Source: an uncultured Rhizobium sp. | Lineage (GTDB): Bacteria; Pseudomonadota; Alphaproteobacteria; Rickettsiales; UBA1997 | Direction: 5' to 3' | NCBI GenBank assembly: GCA_964434225.1 | Contig: CAYSUM010000001.1 | Coordinates: forward strand, 36,488 to 100,487 | DNA length: 64,000 nucleotides | In this document: piece after piece, positions 48,537-60,272 of the stretch | Layout: each line of letters begins with the position of its first letter | Numbering within the stretch: position 1 is the stretch's first letter | The notes under the pieces: generated by a model | Told to the model about the DNA's origin: nothing | Seen by the model: only the letters and a program-made list of their open reading frames with translations | The model's database searches: none | Program-made: the position numbers and the translations under genes

Positions 48537-49659
48537 TTTAAACAAAAAAACTGCAGTTATTTTATTCAATTTGGGAGGTCCAAAAAATCTTGATTCAGTT
48601 GAGCCATTTTTGTTCAACCTGTTCAATGATCGCGCCATTATTGGCTTGCCACAACCTTTGCGTTTTTTTCTGGCAAAATATATTTCCAAAAAAAGAGTTT
48701 CAAAATCGCAAAAAATCTATGCGCAGATTGGAGGCAAATCTCCCTTGCTCGACATTACAACCGCGCAAGCTTACAACTTAGAGCGCGAACTTTCTTTTTT
48801 TGGAGAATTTAAAGTTTTTGTCTCGATGCGCTACGCCGAACCATTTTCTGACGAAGTGGTTAAAAATGTCATAAATTACAATCCCGCCAACGCAATTCTG
48901 TTGCCGCTTTATCCTCAATTTTCAACAACCACCAGCGAATCTTCTTTGCAAGATTTTAGCCTAAAATTCGTTCGAGAACAAAAAAATCTCGGCATAAAAA
49001 TTAATAGTCGATTAATTTGTTGTTATCCTGTGAGCGCACATTTTATCAAGTCGCACACACTTTTGATCAAACAAACTTTGATGAAATTATATGACGGAAA
49101 TTTGGGGAAATTTCGTTTTTTATTTTCAGCGCACGGACTTCCTCAAAAAATTATCAACGCTGGCGATCCTTATGTCTTCCAAGTTGAGCAGACTACTAAA
49201 AAAGTTGTCGAAAATTTAGCGCAGATTTTGGAAGTCGATAAAAATAAAATTGATTTTCGCATCTGTTACCAATCAAAAGTTGGACGCTTACAATGGACTG
49301 GTCCAAGCCTTGATTTTGAAATTAGAAAAGTTGCGCTCGATAAAAAAATTCCAGTAATTGTGCCAATTTCTTTTGTCTCGGAACATTCTGAAACTTTGGT
49401 CGAGCTTGATATTGATTACAAAAAAATGGCACTGGCTTTGGGAGTAAAAGATTATTTACGCGTTCCTGCTTTAAATTCAGACGGACACTTTATTAACGCT
49501 CTTGCAGAAATCTGTAAAATTGCCCATTTAGATCTTATTTCTTCAGAAAATGTTGATGGAAATTCGCAGTCTAAAGTTTGTAATGACGATAAAAATCTGG
49601 GAAGAATTTGTCCAAAAAAATTCGTCAAATGTCCTAATTTAAAATCCTGCAAAGCATGA
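48529..49659 (+). CDS. hemH: Ferrochelatase with a Cys-rich C-terminal extension
   Basis: Contains AVILFNLGGP, LLPLYPQFSTTT, FSAHGLP and VSEHSETLVELD. The C-terminus reads KVCNDDKNLGRICPKKFVKCPNLKSCKA. Confidence 0.92.
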   Translation: MDNLNKKTAVILFNLGGPKNLDSVEPFLFNLFNDRAIIGLPQPLRFFLAKYISKKRVSKSQKIYAQIGGKSPLLDITTAQAYNLERELSFFGEFKVFVSMRYAEPFSDEVVKNVINYNPANAILLPLYPQFSTTTSESSLQDFSLKFVREQKNLGIKINSRLICCYPVSAHFIKSHTLLIKQTLMKLYDGNLGKFRFLFSAHGLPQKIINAGDPYVFQVEQTTKKVVENLAQILEVDKNKIDFRICYQSKVGRLQWTGPSLDFEIRKVALDKKIPVIVPISFVSEHSETLVELDIDYKKMALALGVKDYLRVPALNSDGHFINALAEICKIAHLDLISSENVDGNSQSKVCNDDKNLGRICPKKFVKCPNLKSCKA

Positions 49660-50165
49660 TCTGTATTGACATCGCCCTTCGAAGTAAAAAATGGCAGGAA
49701 GAAAAAAACATCGAAAATTTTATCGAAAAAACTTGTAAAACTTTAATTCCACTCACCGATTTAAAAAAAATTCTGACTAAAGATTTTGAGTTGGAAGTTG
49801 CGATTTTATTAGTTTGCGACCGGCAAATCAAAAAAATAAATTCCGAATTTCGTCAAAAAAATAAGCCGACTAATGTTTTATCTTTTCCGTCTTTGGATGA
49901 AAATTTAGTACGTAAAATTGGACTTAAAAAAGCCATCGAACCTTCCAATTATTTGCTTCTTGGCGATATTATCATTTCTTATGAAACGGTAAAAAAAGAA
50001 TCTCTTGCACAAAAAAAGAAATTTCATGACCATCTTGTACACCTGATTCTGCACAGCATTTTACATCTGATCGGACATGATCACGAAGATGAAAAAATGG
50101 CCAACACCATGGAAGCTCTTGAGATTAAGATCCTAAAAAAGATCAACATCGCAAACCCATATTAA
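49656..50165 (+). CDS. ybeY: rRNA maturation endoribonuclease YbeY
   Basis: Contains HLILHSILHLIGHDHE. Confidence 0.9.
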   Translation: MICIDIALRSKKWQEEKNIENFIEKTCKTLIPLTDLKKILTKDFELEVAILLVCDRQIKKINSEFRQKNKPTNVLSFPSLDENLVRKIGLKKAIEPSNYLLLGDIIISYETVKKESLAQKKKFHDHLVHLILHSILHLIGHDHEDEKMANTMEALEIKILKKINIANPY

Positions 50166-50181
50166 TAAATTTAACCTTTGA

Positions 50182-51063
50182 ATGACAGATCGATCGAAAC
50201 GCAATTCCAAAAGCTTTATTAACAAATCCCGCATCAAAAAATTATTAGGTTTTTTCCTCAGTCTTCTGGGTAAAAAAAGCAAAAAATCTTTTTTATCCGT
50301 AATTTCTCACTTGGTCGACACCTACGAAAAAGAAAATCTGATCAGCTTTGAAGAAAAAAAGATGATCAAAAATATCGCCATTTTGAGCGATAAAAAAGTT
50401 TCTGGTATTATGACTCCAAGAGCTGATTTGATTGCGATCAAACATAATGCCGATTTGGAAGAAGTAAAAAAAATCATCACGACCAAAGGTCATACTCGTA
50501 TTCCAGTTTTTAAGGAAACTCTCGACGAAATTATCGGATTTATTCACAGCAAAGATTTATCGAAATTTTTATGCGAAGAAGATCCTGATTTTGTGATTAA
50601 TAAAATTTTACGTAAAATTTTATTCGTTCCTGGATCAATGAAAGTTCTGGATTTAATGCTGCGCATGCGCATGGCGCGTGTTCATGTTGCAATCGTACTT
50701 GATGAATTTGGCGGCGTTGACGGATTTGTAACAATTGAAAATGTTATGGAAGAAATTGTTGGCGATATTGAAGATGAACACGATCTGCCTTCCGACAATG
50801 CTTTTTTCCGCATCAAAAAAATTAACAACACAACTTTCAATTTTGGCGGCCGCGTTGAAATTTCTAAGGTTGAAGAGATTTTACAAACTGAAATTAAACG
50901 TGACGAAGCAAGTTTTCAAACTATTGCTGGACTTACAATGGCGCTATTCAAACGCGTTCCCGAAATTGGCGAAGAAATTGAGAAAGGCCTTTTAAAATTT
51001 AAGATCATCGATTCCGATAGTAGGTCAGTAAGGTTGGTGGAAGTAACCAAAAACTCTGACTAA
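50182..51063 (+). CDS. tlyC: CBS-pair + CorC_HlyC domain protein (TlyC/CorC family)
   Basis: Contains IMTPRADLIAI, RIPVF, DEFGGVDGFVTIENVMEEIVGDIEDEHD and the ybeY linkage. Confidence 0.85.
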   Translation: MTDRSKRNSKSFINKSRIKKLLGFFLSLLGKKSKKSFLSVISHLVDTYEKENLISFEEKKMIKNIAILSDKKVSGIMTPRADLIAIKHNADLEEVKKIITTKGHTRIPVFKETLDEIIGFIHSKDLSKFLCEEDPDFVINKILRKILFVPGSMKVLDLMLRMRMARVHVAIVLDEFGGVDGFVTIENVMEEIVGDIEDEHDLPSDNAFFRIKKINNTTFNFGGRVEISKVEEILQTEIKRDEASFQTIAGLTMALFKRVPEIGEEIEKGLLKFKIIDSDSRSVRLVEVTKNSD

Positions 51064-51085
51064 CTAAATATTACAATTTGCTTAA

Positions 51086-51673
51086 ATGCACAATTATTCA
51101 CAAAAACAATTTCCCGTTATCGACCTTGGCGACTATGTTTTGCGCGAGAAGAGAGACAGTGATACCGCTGATTTTTTTCACTACTATACCGATCCCGAGG
51201 TAAATAAATTTATCTTATGCGAAATGCCACGCAACCTTGAAGATGCAAGAAGAGAGCTCAATTATTGGCGTAATGTTTTTTATCAAAATGACGGGATTTA
51301 TTTTGCGATTACCAAAAAAGATAACGATCAACTTATCGGCTCAATTGGCCTGACGACTTACAATTCTTATCACAACCGCATCGAATTAAGTTACGATTTA
51401 GCCAAAGAATATTGGCGACAAGGAATTACCTTCAAGGCAATTCAAGCTGTCCTAAAATATGGCTTTGAAGAATTAAAAGTTAATCGTGTCGAGGCTTTCA
51501 CATCGACTAATAATTTACCGTCAAAAAATCTTTTATTGAAGTCAGGATTCGCTCTGGAAGGGACTTTGCGCCAACATCGTTACCATCGCGGAACTTATGT
51601 TGACGCCTTTAGTTTTAGCTTGCTGCGTCAAGAATTTTTAAATTATATTGCGCCAGTCACTAAAATTGTTTGA
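51086..51673 (+). CDS. GNAT N-acetyltransferase (RimJ/RimL-like)
   Basis: Contains IGSIGL...YDLAKEYWRQGI...NRVEAFTSTNNLPSKNLLLKSGF. Confidence 0.75.
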   Translation: MHNYSQKQFPVIDLGDYVLREKRDSDTADFFHYYTDPEVNKFILCEMPRNLEDARRELNYWRNVFYQNDGIYFAITKKDNDQLIGSIGLTTYNSYHNRIELSYDLAKEYWRQGITFKAIQAVLKYGFEELKVNRVEAFTSTNNLPSKNLLLKSGFALEGTLRQHRYHRGTYVDAFSFSLLRQEFLNYIAPVTKIV

Positions 51674-51820
51674 CTTTTCCTCAAGCGCCACTTTAATGCG
51701 CGCCCTCTTTCCCAACTAAAGATTTCTCTTCATTTTAAGAGAACCCCCAAGAGACCAAGCATTGCAAGGCTTAACTCTCAATTAGAAACAAGTACTTTAA
51801 GAACTATTTAATAGGAAATT

Positions 51821-52288
51821 ATGCGCCAAACTTATTCTGCAAAACCAAGTGAAATCGTAAGAAACTGGTGGTTAATCGACGCCGAAGACCTAGTTGTCGG
51901 CAGAGTTTCTACAATCATCGCGAATCTTCTACGCGGCAAACATAAACCAACTTTTTCACCAAATCTTGACTGTGGTGATCACGTTGTTGTTATCAATGCC
52001 GATAAAATTAAATTCACTGGCAACAAGCTTGCTGATAAAAAATACTACTGGCACACTGGTCATCCAGGTGGCATCAAAGAAAGAACCGCAAGACAAATCA
52101 TGGAAGGAAATTTCCCAGAAAGAATTTTAGAAAATTCAGTTTCAAGAATGATTTCTCGTGGACCTTTACAACGCGACATCATGGTAAAATTACACATCTA
52201 TACAGGCTCTGAACACAAGCACCAAGGACAAAATCCACAATTTTTGGATATTGCCGCAATGAACAGAAAAAACAAAAAAACCAACTAA
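51821..52288 (+). CDS. rplM: 50S ribosomal protein L13
   Basis: Contains [33 protein letters not shown] and [10 protein letters not shown]. Confidence 0.95.
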   Translation: MRQTYSAKPSEIVRNWWLIDAEDLVVGRVSTIIANLLRGKHKPTFSPNLDCGDHVVVINADKIKFTGNKLADKKYYWHTGHPGGIKERTARQIMEGNFPERILENSVSRMISRGPLQRDIMVKLHIYTGSEHKHQGQNPQFLDIAAMNRKNKKTN

Positions 52289-52306
52289 TCAATTTAAGAT
52301 TTTATT

Positions 52307-52780
52307 ATGCCTTCAACTGTAAAAGAAAAAATTCTTGAAGTTAGCGAAACTAAAGAAGTAGCAGCACCTGCTAAAGTTAAAAAAATCGATGCTCAAGGTA
52401 GAGCTTACGCGACTGGCAAAAGAAAAAATGCCGCAGCTCGTGTTTGGATCAAAAAAGGAACTGGCAAAATTGTCGTGAATGACCGCGATGCCAAAACTTA
52501 TTTCGGCAGAGAAATTTTATTCAACATTATCAGATTTCCTTTCGGCGCTACCAAAAACGACGATAAATTTGATGTTGTTGCAACAATTGCTGGCGGCGGA
52601 CTTTCTGGTCAAGCTGGCGCTCTAGCTCACGGAATCAGCAAAGCATTAGTTGCTTTTGAACCAGAGAATCACAAACCATTAAAAGCTGGCGGATTCTTAA
52701 CTCGCGATTCACGCGTTGTTGAACGTAAGAAATATGGTTTGAAAAAAGCCCGTAAAGGTCAGACTTATCGCAAAAGATAG
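52307..52780 (+). CDS. rpsI: 30S ribosomal protein S9
   Basis: Contains [46 protein letters not shown] and a C-terminal YRKR. Confidence 0.95.
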   Translation: MPSTVKEKILEVSETKEVAAPAKVKKIDAQGRAYATGKRKNAAARVWIKKGTGKIVVNDRDAKTYFGREILFNIIRFPFGATKNDDKFDVVATIAGGGLSGQAGALAHGISKALVAFEPENHKPLKAGGFLTRDSRVVERKKYGLKKARKGQTYRKR

Positions 52781-52802
52781 GTCTTCACATAATTTACACA
52801 AA

Positions 52803-52830
52803 AGGCGACTCTCGGGTCGCCTTTTTATTT
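52803..52830 (+). terminator. Rho-independent terminator after rplM-rpsI
   Basis: AGGCGAC, tctcgg, GTCGCCT, followed by TTTTTATTTT. Confidence 0.8.
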
Positions 52831-52838
52831 TGTACAAG

Positions 52839-53303
52839 ATGAAAGAAAATTTAGAGAAAAAAAATCCAACAGAAAAAATTTTTATTGCCTCCGATCACGC
52901 CGGATTTGTTTTAAAAGAATTTCTGGTCATAGAGCTTGCCAAGCTTGGATTGGAAGCGGTTGACCTAGGATGCAGCTCCGCAGAAAAATCAGTCGACTAT
53001 CCTGATTATGCACAAAAACTTTGCAAAAAAATTACTGACAAAAATCAGCTGCGCGGAATTTTAATTTGCGGTAGTGGTATCGGAATTTCAATTGCCGCAA
53101 ACCGCTTCAAACACATTCGCGCCGCACTTTGTTATAATACAAATTCTGCAAAATTATCACGCGCTCACAATGATTCCAACGTCGTTTGTTTGGGCGCCCG
53201 CTTTACCAAAGATAAACAGGCTCTATCAATAGTTAAAGCCTTCCTCTCCACTGAATTTGAAGGCGCCAGACATGCAAGAAGAGTCGAAAAACTTACAAAA
53301 TAA
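52839..53303 (+). CDS. rpiB: Ribose-5-phosphate isomerase B
   Basis: Contains IFIASDHAGF, ILICGSGIGISIAANR and ARFTKDK...FEGARHARRVEK. Confidence 0.9.
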   Translation: MKENLEKKNPTEKIFIASDHAGFVLKEFLVIELAKLGLEAVDLGCSSAEKSVDYPDYAQKLCKKITDKNQLRGILICGSGIGISIAANRFKHIRAALCYNTNSAKLSRAHNDSNVVCLGARFTKDKQALSIVKAFLSTEFEGARHARRVEKLTK

Positions 53304-53961
53304 TCGCTTAATTCGCAGCTTCGGTCGCATTAAAAGTCGTAAACTCTCCGACCATAAAAGTCATTTACTTGAAGATTTATTTCCAACTTACGACATCCTT
53401 CAGCAATCTCGGGAACAAGATTGTGATCAAAAAAATTACCTAGAAATTGGCTTTGGTTTTGGTGATTTTACTTACCAAAAAGCCAAGGAAAATCCCGATA
53501 CATTTTTTTTTGGATCCGAACCTCATTTAAACGGAGTTGTAAATCTACTCGCCAAACTTGAGGTTGAACCTTTGGCGAATTTAAAAATCTCCACCACCGA
53601 TGTTCGTCTTTTACTTGCCAAATTTCCCGACAAATTCTTCGACCAGATTTTTATTTTATTTCCTGATCCTTGGCCCAAAGCTAAACATTTTAAGCGTCGC
53701 TTGATTAACCAAGAATTTTTGGACGAAATTTTATCACCAAAAATGAAATCAAACGCCAAACTTACAATCGCCACCGATCACGATTCTTACAAAACTTGGA
53801 TTCTTTGCGAGATTGATCGTAGTAAAAAATTTATTTGGGATGCAAATTCCAAAAAAGATTGGCAAATTTTTCCGCAAGATTGGGTGATTACAAAATATCA
53901 GAAGAAAGCTGCGAGAGAAGGTCGCGTTTCAGTAATTTTTAACTTAACTCACAATGCCTGA
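53272..53961 (+). CDS. trmB: tRNA (guanine-N7)-methyltransferase
   Basis: Contains LEIGFGFGDF and ILFPDPWPKAKHFKRRLI. I prefer the ATG at 53272 over the TTG at 53257. Confidence 0.9.
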   Translation: MQEESKNLQNNRLIRSFGRIKSRKLSDHKSHLLEDLFPTYDILQQSREQDCDQKNYLEIGFGFGDFTYQKAKENPDTFFFGSEPHLNGVVNLLAKLEVEPLANLKISTTDVRLLLAKFPDKFFDQIFILFPDPWPKAKHFKRRLINQEFLDEILSPKMKSNAKLTIATDHDSYKTWILCEIDRSKKFIWDANSKKDWQIFPQDWVITKYQKKAAREGRVSVIFNLTHNA

Positions 53962-54853
53962 ATTAATAAAAATTTTACCCGCCGTGCGCGGAACTTACCG
54001 TGAAAATGTTGAATTAAAAAGTTGGTTCGATGTTGGCGGCAAAGCCGAAATTCTTTTTCGCCCCGCAGACCTTGCTGATTTACAAAATTTTTTAAAAAAT
54101 TGTCCAAAAGAAATTCCCATCAATATTCTTGGCGCAGCGTCCAATGTTATTATTTCTGACAATGGCGTAAAAGGAGTTGTGATCAGGCTTGGTGGCGAAT
54201 TTGCTAAAATTACTCAAGAAGAAAATGTCATACGCGCTGGAGCTGCGGCTCTTTGTGGTAATGTTGCACTTTTTAGCAGAAATGCCGCACTTGCTGATTT
54301 AGAATTTTTTACCGGAATTCCCGGATCGATTGGTGGCGCTATCGCCATGAATGCTGGATGTTATGGTTCTGATGTTGCGCAAACTCTAGTCAGCGCTATT
54401 GCCGTCGATTTTAACGGAAATTTGTTTGAGATAAAAAATTCTGATTTCGATTTTTTTTATCGCGGCAATAAAATTGCCAAAAAATTTATTTTTGTTGAAG
54501 GTCTGTTCAAAGGCACAAAATCCACTTCGGAAGCAGTGGCAAAAAAAATCATCGAATTTAATCAACAACGCGAAGTGGCTCAGCCAATACGTGCCAAAAC
54601 TGGCGGCAGTACTTTTAAAAATCCCGACCCCACAAATCCTAGCGCAAAAAAAGCTTGGCAATTAATTGATGAAGCTGGCTTTCGTGGCGCCTTTGAAGGT
54701 GAAGCACAAATTTCTGAAAAACATTGCAACTTTATGATCAACCGCGGAAATGCCTCAGCAAGCAATTTAATCGATTTGGGAAACAAAGTTAAAAGAGCGG
54801 TGAAAAAGCGCTCCAATGTTGATTTGGAATGGGAAATAAAAATTTTAGAATAG
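53954..54853 (+). CDS. murB: UDP-N-acetylenolpyruvoylglucosamine reductase
   Basis: Contains ILGAASNVII, GIPGSIGGAIAMNAGCYG, GGSTFKNP and SEKHCNFMIN. Confidence 0.93.
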   Translation: MPELIKILPAVRGTYRENVELKSWFDVGGKAEILFRPADLADLQNFLKNCPKEIPINILGAASNVIISDNGVKGVVIRLGGEFAKITQEENVIRAGAAALCGNVALFSRNAALADLEFFTGIPGSIGGAIAMNAGCYGSDVAQTLVSAIAVDFNGNLFEIKNSDFDFFYRGNKIAKKFIFVEGLFKGTKSTSEAVAKKIIEFNQQREVAQPIRAKTGGSTFKNPDPTNPSAKKAWQLIDEAGFRGAFEGEAQISEKHCNFMINRGNASASNLIDLGNKVKRAVKKRSNVDLEWEIKILE

Positions 54854-54966
54854 TAGGCAAGTTCCTTGTTGCAATTTTAAAACGGTTGGTGCAATTTGGG
54901 CGGCTGCGCTTTACCTGTCATAGGTTCTTAAGCTCTTCCCTGTAAAAAAATCTAAAAATTTTAATC

Positions 54967-55326
54967 ATGAAAAAACTTTCTGCATTCGTGGCAAAAGTTG
55001 CGCTTTTGTCCTTGTTTTTTTTAGCAGTTACTCCAGCGGTTGTTCCAGCTCTAGTGTCTGACGCTAAAGCGCAATCAACTACTTCTGCTGACGTTAACAG
55101 CAACATCTTGGTTACAACTCTGTGCAACATGATGAAAATCATCACTGGTAACGCCGGTAAAGCTATCGCAGCTTTTGCAATTGTTGCTGTTGGTGTTGGT
55201 TTCTTCACCGGTAAAGTTTCTTGGGGTTTGTTAGTGGGTGTTACTGCAGGTGTTGCAGCGATGTTTGGTGCGCCAACTATCGTGTCTGCGATCAGCGGTA
55301 AATCTGCTTTTGATTGCCAAGGTTAA
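54967..55326 (+). CDS. virB2: TrbC/VirB2-family type IV secretion pilin
   Basis: Long signal peptide ending SDAKA-QS. The mature part LCNMMKIITGNAGKAIAAFAIVAVGVGFFTGKVSWGLLVGVTAGVAAMFGAPTIV is collinear with Agrobacterium VirB2 as I recall it. Confidence 0.75.
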   Translation: MKKLSAFVAKVALLSLFFLAVTPAVVPALVSDAKAQSTTSADVNSNILVTTLCNMMKIITGNAGKAIAAFAIVAVGVGFFTGKVSWGLLVGVTAGVAAMFGAPTIVSAISGKSAFDCQG

Positions 55327-55347
55327 TTGGAAAAAACAAAGAGAATT

Positions 55348-55707
55348 ATGTCTAGAAGATGTGAATTACTCGGCACTGGCGTAATGAGTGGGAATAAAGT
55401 TTCTCACTCCAATCGCAAGACGAGAAGAAGATTTTTACCGAATTTGAAAACGGTTTCCTTTAAAAGCGAAACTCTTGGCACTGATGTAACTTTAAAAGTT
55501 ACTGCAGCATCAATCAGAACGGTTAATAAATATGGCAATATTGATAATTTTTTGATCAATTGCCGTAACAATAAACTTACTGAATCAGCTCAAAAACTTA
55601 GACTTCAGATCAAGAAAAAATTGATCAAGTTAGGAAAATTTGACGAAATAAAAATCGTCAGAGAGAAAAAAGCTGAAGTTAAAAAACAGGTAAAAAAACA
55701 AGCTTAA
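55348..55707 (+). CDS. rpmB: 50S ribosomal protein L28 with a Lys-rich C-terminal extension
   Basis: Begins MSRRCELLGTGVMSGNKVSHSNRKTRRRFLPNL. Confidence 0.9.
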   Translation: MSRRCELLGTGVMSGNKVSHSNRKTRRRFLPNLKTVSFKSETLGTDVTLKVTAASIRTVNKYGNIDNFLINCRNNKLTESAQKLRLQIKKKLIKLGKFDEIKIVREKKAEVKKQVKKQA

Positions 55708-55733
55708 ACTACAGACTTTACAGTCTTAAAAAA

Positions 55734-55768
55734 ACCGACTCCTTCTTTGTGAAGGGGTCGGTTTTTTG
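55734..55768. terminator. Rho-independent-type hairpin after rpmB, possibly bidirectional with the ccmG-like gene
   Basis: A-run, ACCGACTCCTT, loop, AAGGGGTCGGT, then T6. Confidence 0.75.
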
Positions 55769-55825
55769 TCGTTTGTATCATCTTAAGGCGCTGTCGCGTA
55801 AATTTGGGTACATACAAAAATGAAT

Positions 55826-56392
55826 TTACCTCTTCTGCTCTTTTAAAAAGTTCTGAATTTCTCCCACCGCATATTCTTCTAAATTCCCTCTAAATCGCCA
55901 AACAACATCACCATCTTCATTAACCAAAAAAGTTTCTGGAATTGCTTGGGTACCAACAAATTTGCTAAACAAAGCCTGATTATCTGCCGCTACTTTTTTA
56001 AAAGGATTACCTTCTTTAGCCAAATATTCTTTGGTATTTTGATTGATGTCGTGCCAAGCCACGCCGTAAATATCGACAATTCCTTCATCTTTTAAACGCA
56101 TTAAAACTTGATGTTCAGCGCGACAAGTAGAGCACCAAGAAGCAAATAAATTGATTAGAGAATATTTTCCCAACAAATCTTTTTTAGTAAAATTACCACC
56201 TTCATCATAAAGATCTGGCAAAGAAAATTCCGGCAGAACGATTTTTTCTTTGATAAAACGCGAATCAAAATTTTGTCCGATATTTTGCAATTCAATTTCT
56301 TGTTTTTTGCTGATTTTGTAAGTTGCAAAACCAATGACACTGACTAAAAAAACCAATACAAAAAAGGGTGTAAAGCTGCTCAGATTTTTCAT
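55826..56392 (-). CDS. ccmG: Thiol:disulfide interchange protein DsbE/CcmG (cytochrome c maturation)
   Basis: N-terminal anchor, FASWCSTCRAEH, and AIPETFLVNEDG. Confidence 0.8.
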   Translation of the reverse strand: MKNLSSFTPFFVLVFLVSVIGFATYKISKKQEIELQNIGQNFDSRFIKEKIVLPEFSLPDLYDEGGNFTKKDLLGKYSLINLFASWCSTCRAEHQVLMRLKDEGIVDIYGVAWHDINQNTKEYLAKEGNPFKKVAADNQALFSKFVGTQAIPETFLVNEDGDVVWRFRGNLEEYAVGEIQNFLKEQKR

Positions 56393-56408
56393 AAAATTTT
56401 AAAAATAA

Positions 56409-57542
<1,134 letters not shown>

Positions 57543-57547
57543 AACTT

Positions 57548-57787
57548 ATGAAAAAAATTCTGATTTCCCTGCTTTTTGCTGTACTTTGCAGCAATATCGT
57601 CAATGCCGCCGATCTTGCTGGCGAAAAAGATCAAACCAAAAACATCGATAAAAAACCCCCTGAAACAAAAATAGTTACCCCACAATTAAGCGCTGAGCAA
57701 AAACAACTGCTTGCAAATGAGCGTAAAAAAAGGGCGGATCGACGTGCAGAACATAAAAAAAATAACCAATCCGTCACTAAAGATTAG
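57548..57787 (+). CDS. Small secreted Lys-rich hypothetical protein
   Basis: 79 aa. Signal peptide MKKILISLLFAVLCSNIVNA, then a charged low-complexity region. Confidence 0.4.
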   Translation: MKKILISLLFAVLCSNIVNAADLAGEKDQTKNIDKKPPETKIVTPQLSAEQKQLLANERKKRADRRAEHKKNNQSVTKD

Positions 57788-57804
57788 GATAACGCGGCTC
57801 TTGA

Positions 57805-58011
57805 TTATTTTCCGTCGTTCTTATCTTTAATTTTTTGCGGAAGTTCATTGACGCTATCTTTTACCGCCGAGCCAATATTCTTAGCTTTATCCGCAAAATC
57901 TTCTCCCGCCTCTTTGGCTTGATGTATTTTGCCTTTTGAGTAATCCATGACTTTATTAAAAAAAGGAATGGCCAGCAAAATTAGTCCGATAAGGATTAGA
58001 ATTCGTAACAT
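57805..58011 (-). CDS. Small membrane-anchored hypothetical protein
   Basis: 68 aa with an N-terminal TM segment and a charged helical tail. Confidence 0.35.
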   Translation of the reverse strand: MLRILILIGLILLAIPFFNKVMDYSKGKIHQAKEAGEDFADKAKNIGSAVKDSVNELPQKIKDKNDGK

Positions 58012-58093
58012 TTTTGAAGATTTGGAAATTGACTATTTAGGCCCAGATCAGCAAAATCCGCGACCTCTTCTTGCATGTCAATCACTAACTTAA

Positions 58094-59374
<1,281 letters not shown>

Positions 59375-59375
59375 T

Positions 59376-60218
59376 ATGTCACGCATCTCTTATTTAAACG
59401 GCCAGTTCCTTCCTCACGAAAATTGTATGGTTCACATCGAAGATCGTGGATTTCAATTTGCTGACGGAGTTTACGAAGTTACGCTTTTTAAAAATGGTCG
59501 CTTGATTGACGGCGAGCCACACATTGACAGGCTTTTTCGTAGTTTACGTGAAATGAAAATTGAACATAATTTTAAGAGAGAAGATTTGCTAAAAATGCAG
59601 ATTGATCTTTTCGAAAAAAATAAAATTAATGAGGGAATCTGCTATATTCAAATCACGCGCGGCGCTACAAATCGCGTGCCTTTTATGCCAAAAAATTTAG
59701 CACCAACAATCACCGCAACTGTTTCTATTAGTAAAAAATTAAGTGCCGAAGAATTTGAAAAAGGCGTTTCCATAATGACTCACGACGATATCCGCTGGAA
59801 GCGCTGCGACATTAAATCCGTCGCCTTATTCGCTTCAAGTTTTCTAAATCAAAAAGCCAAAGATTTAGGATTTGATGACGCAATTTTTGTGCGCGATGGC
59901 GTTGTAACGGAAGGAAGTTTTGCGAATGCTTTTATCGTTGACGCCAACGATACTTTGATCACCAAAGCGCCAGATAACCTTATTTTATGCGGCATCACGC
60001 GTAATCGTATGATTGAGATCGCGAAGGAAAAAGGCATTAAAGTTGAAGAGAAAAATTTTAACGTTGCGGAAATGTTGGCGGCAAAAGAAGTGTTTTTGAC
60101 TAGCTCTAGCTTGATTTTACGACCTGTGACAAAAATTGACGGCAAACAAATTGGCAGCGGAAAATCTGGGAAAATTTCTGAAATTTTGAGCGAAGAATAT
60201 AAAAAATTTATCGGATAA
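59376..60218 (+). CDS. Class IV aminotransferase (D-amino acid / branched-chain type)
   Basis: Contains EDRGFQFADGVYEV, IQITRG and GITR...EE. 280 aa. Confidence 0.75.
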   Translation: MSRISYLNGQFLPHENCMVHIEDRGFQFADGVYEVTLFKNGRLIDGEPHIDRLFRSLREMKIEHNFKREDLLKMQIDLFEKNKINEGICYIQITRGATNRVPFMPKNLAPTITATVSISKKLSAEEFEKGVSIMTHDDIRWKRCDIKSVALFASSFLNQKAKDLGFDDAIFVRDGVVTEGSFANAFIVDANDTLITKAPDNLILCGITRNRMIEIAKEKGIKVEEKNFNVAEMLAAKEVFLTSSSLILRPVTKIDGKQIGSGKSGKISEILSEEYKKFIG

Positions 60219-60223
60219 ACCAA

Positions 60224-60265
60224 CGCCGTCACTCGCGAGCTACGCTTAGTTCGCGAGTGACGGCG
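60224..60265. repeat. Short palindromic element / bidirectional terminator-like hairpin between convergent genes
   Basis: CGCCGTCACTCGCGA...TCGCGAGTGACGGCG. The arms share the GTCACTCGCGAG core of the RPE-like family. Confidence 0.65.
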
Positions 60266-60272
60266 GATAGTT

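Noticed and set aside
51674-51820. The 147-nt leader upstream of rplM-rpsI with a small hairpin (TTCTCTT...AAGAGAA), considered as a ribosomal-protein autoregulatory leader.
   Set aside because: I cannot match it to a known L13 leader structure from memory, and the stems are short (4-7 bp). A covariance-model scan would be needed.
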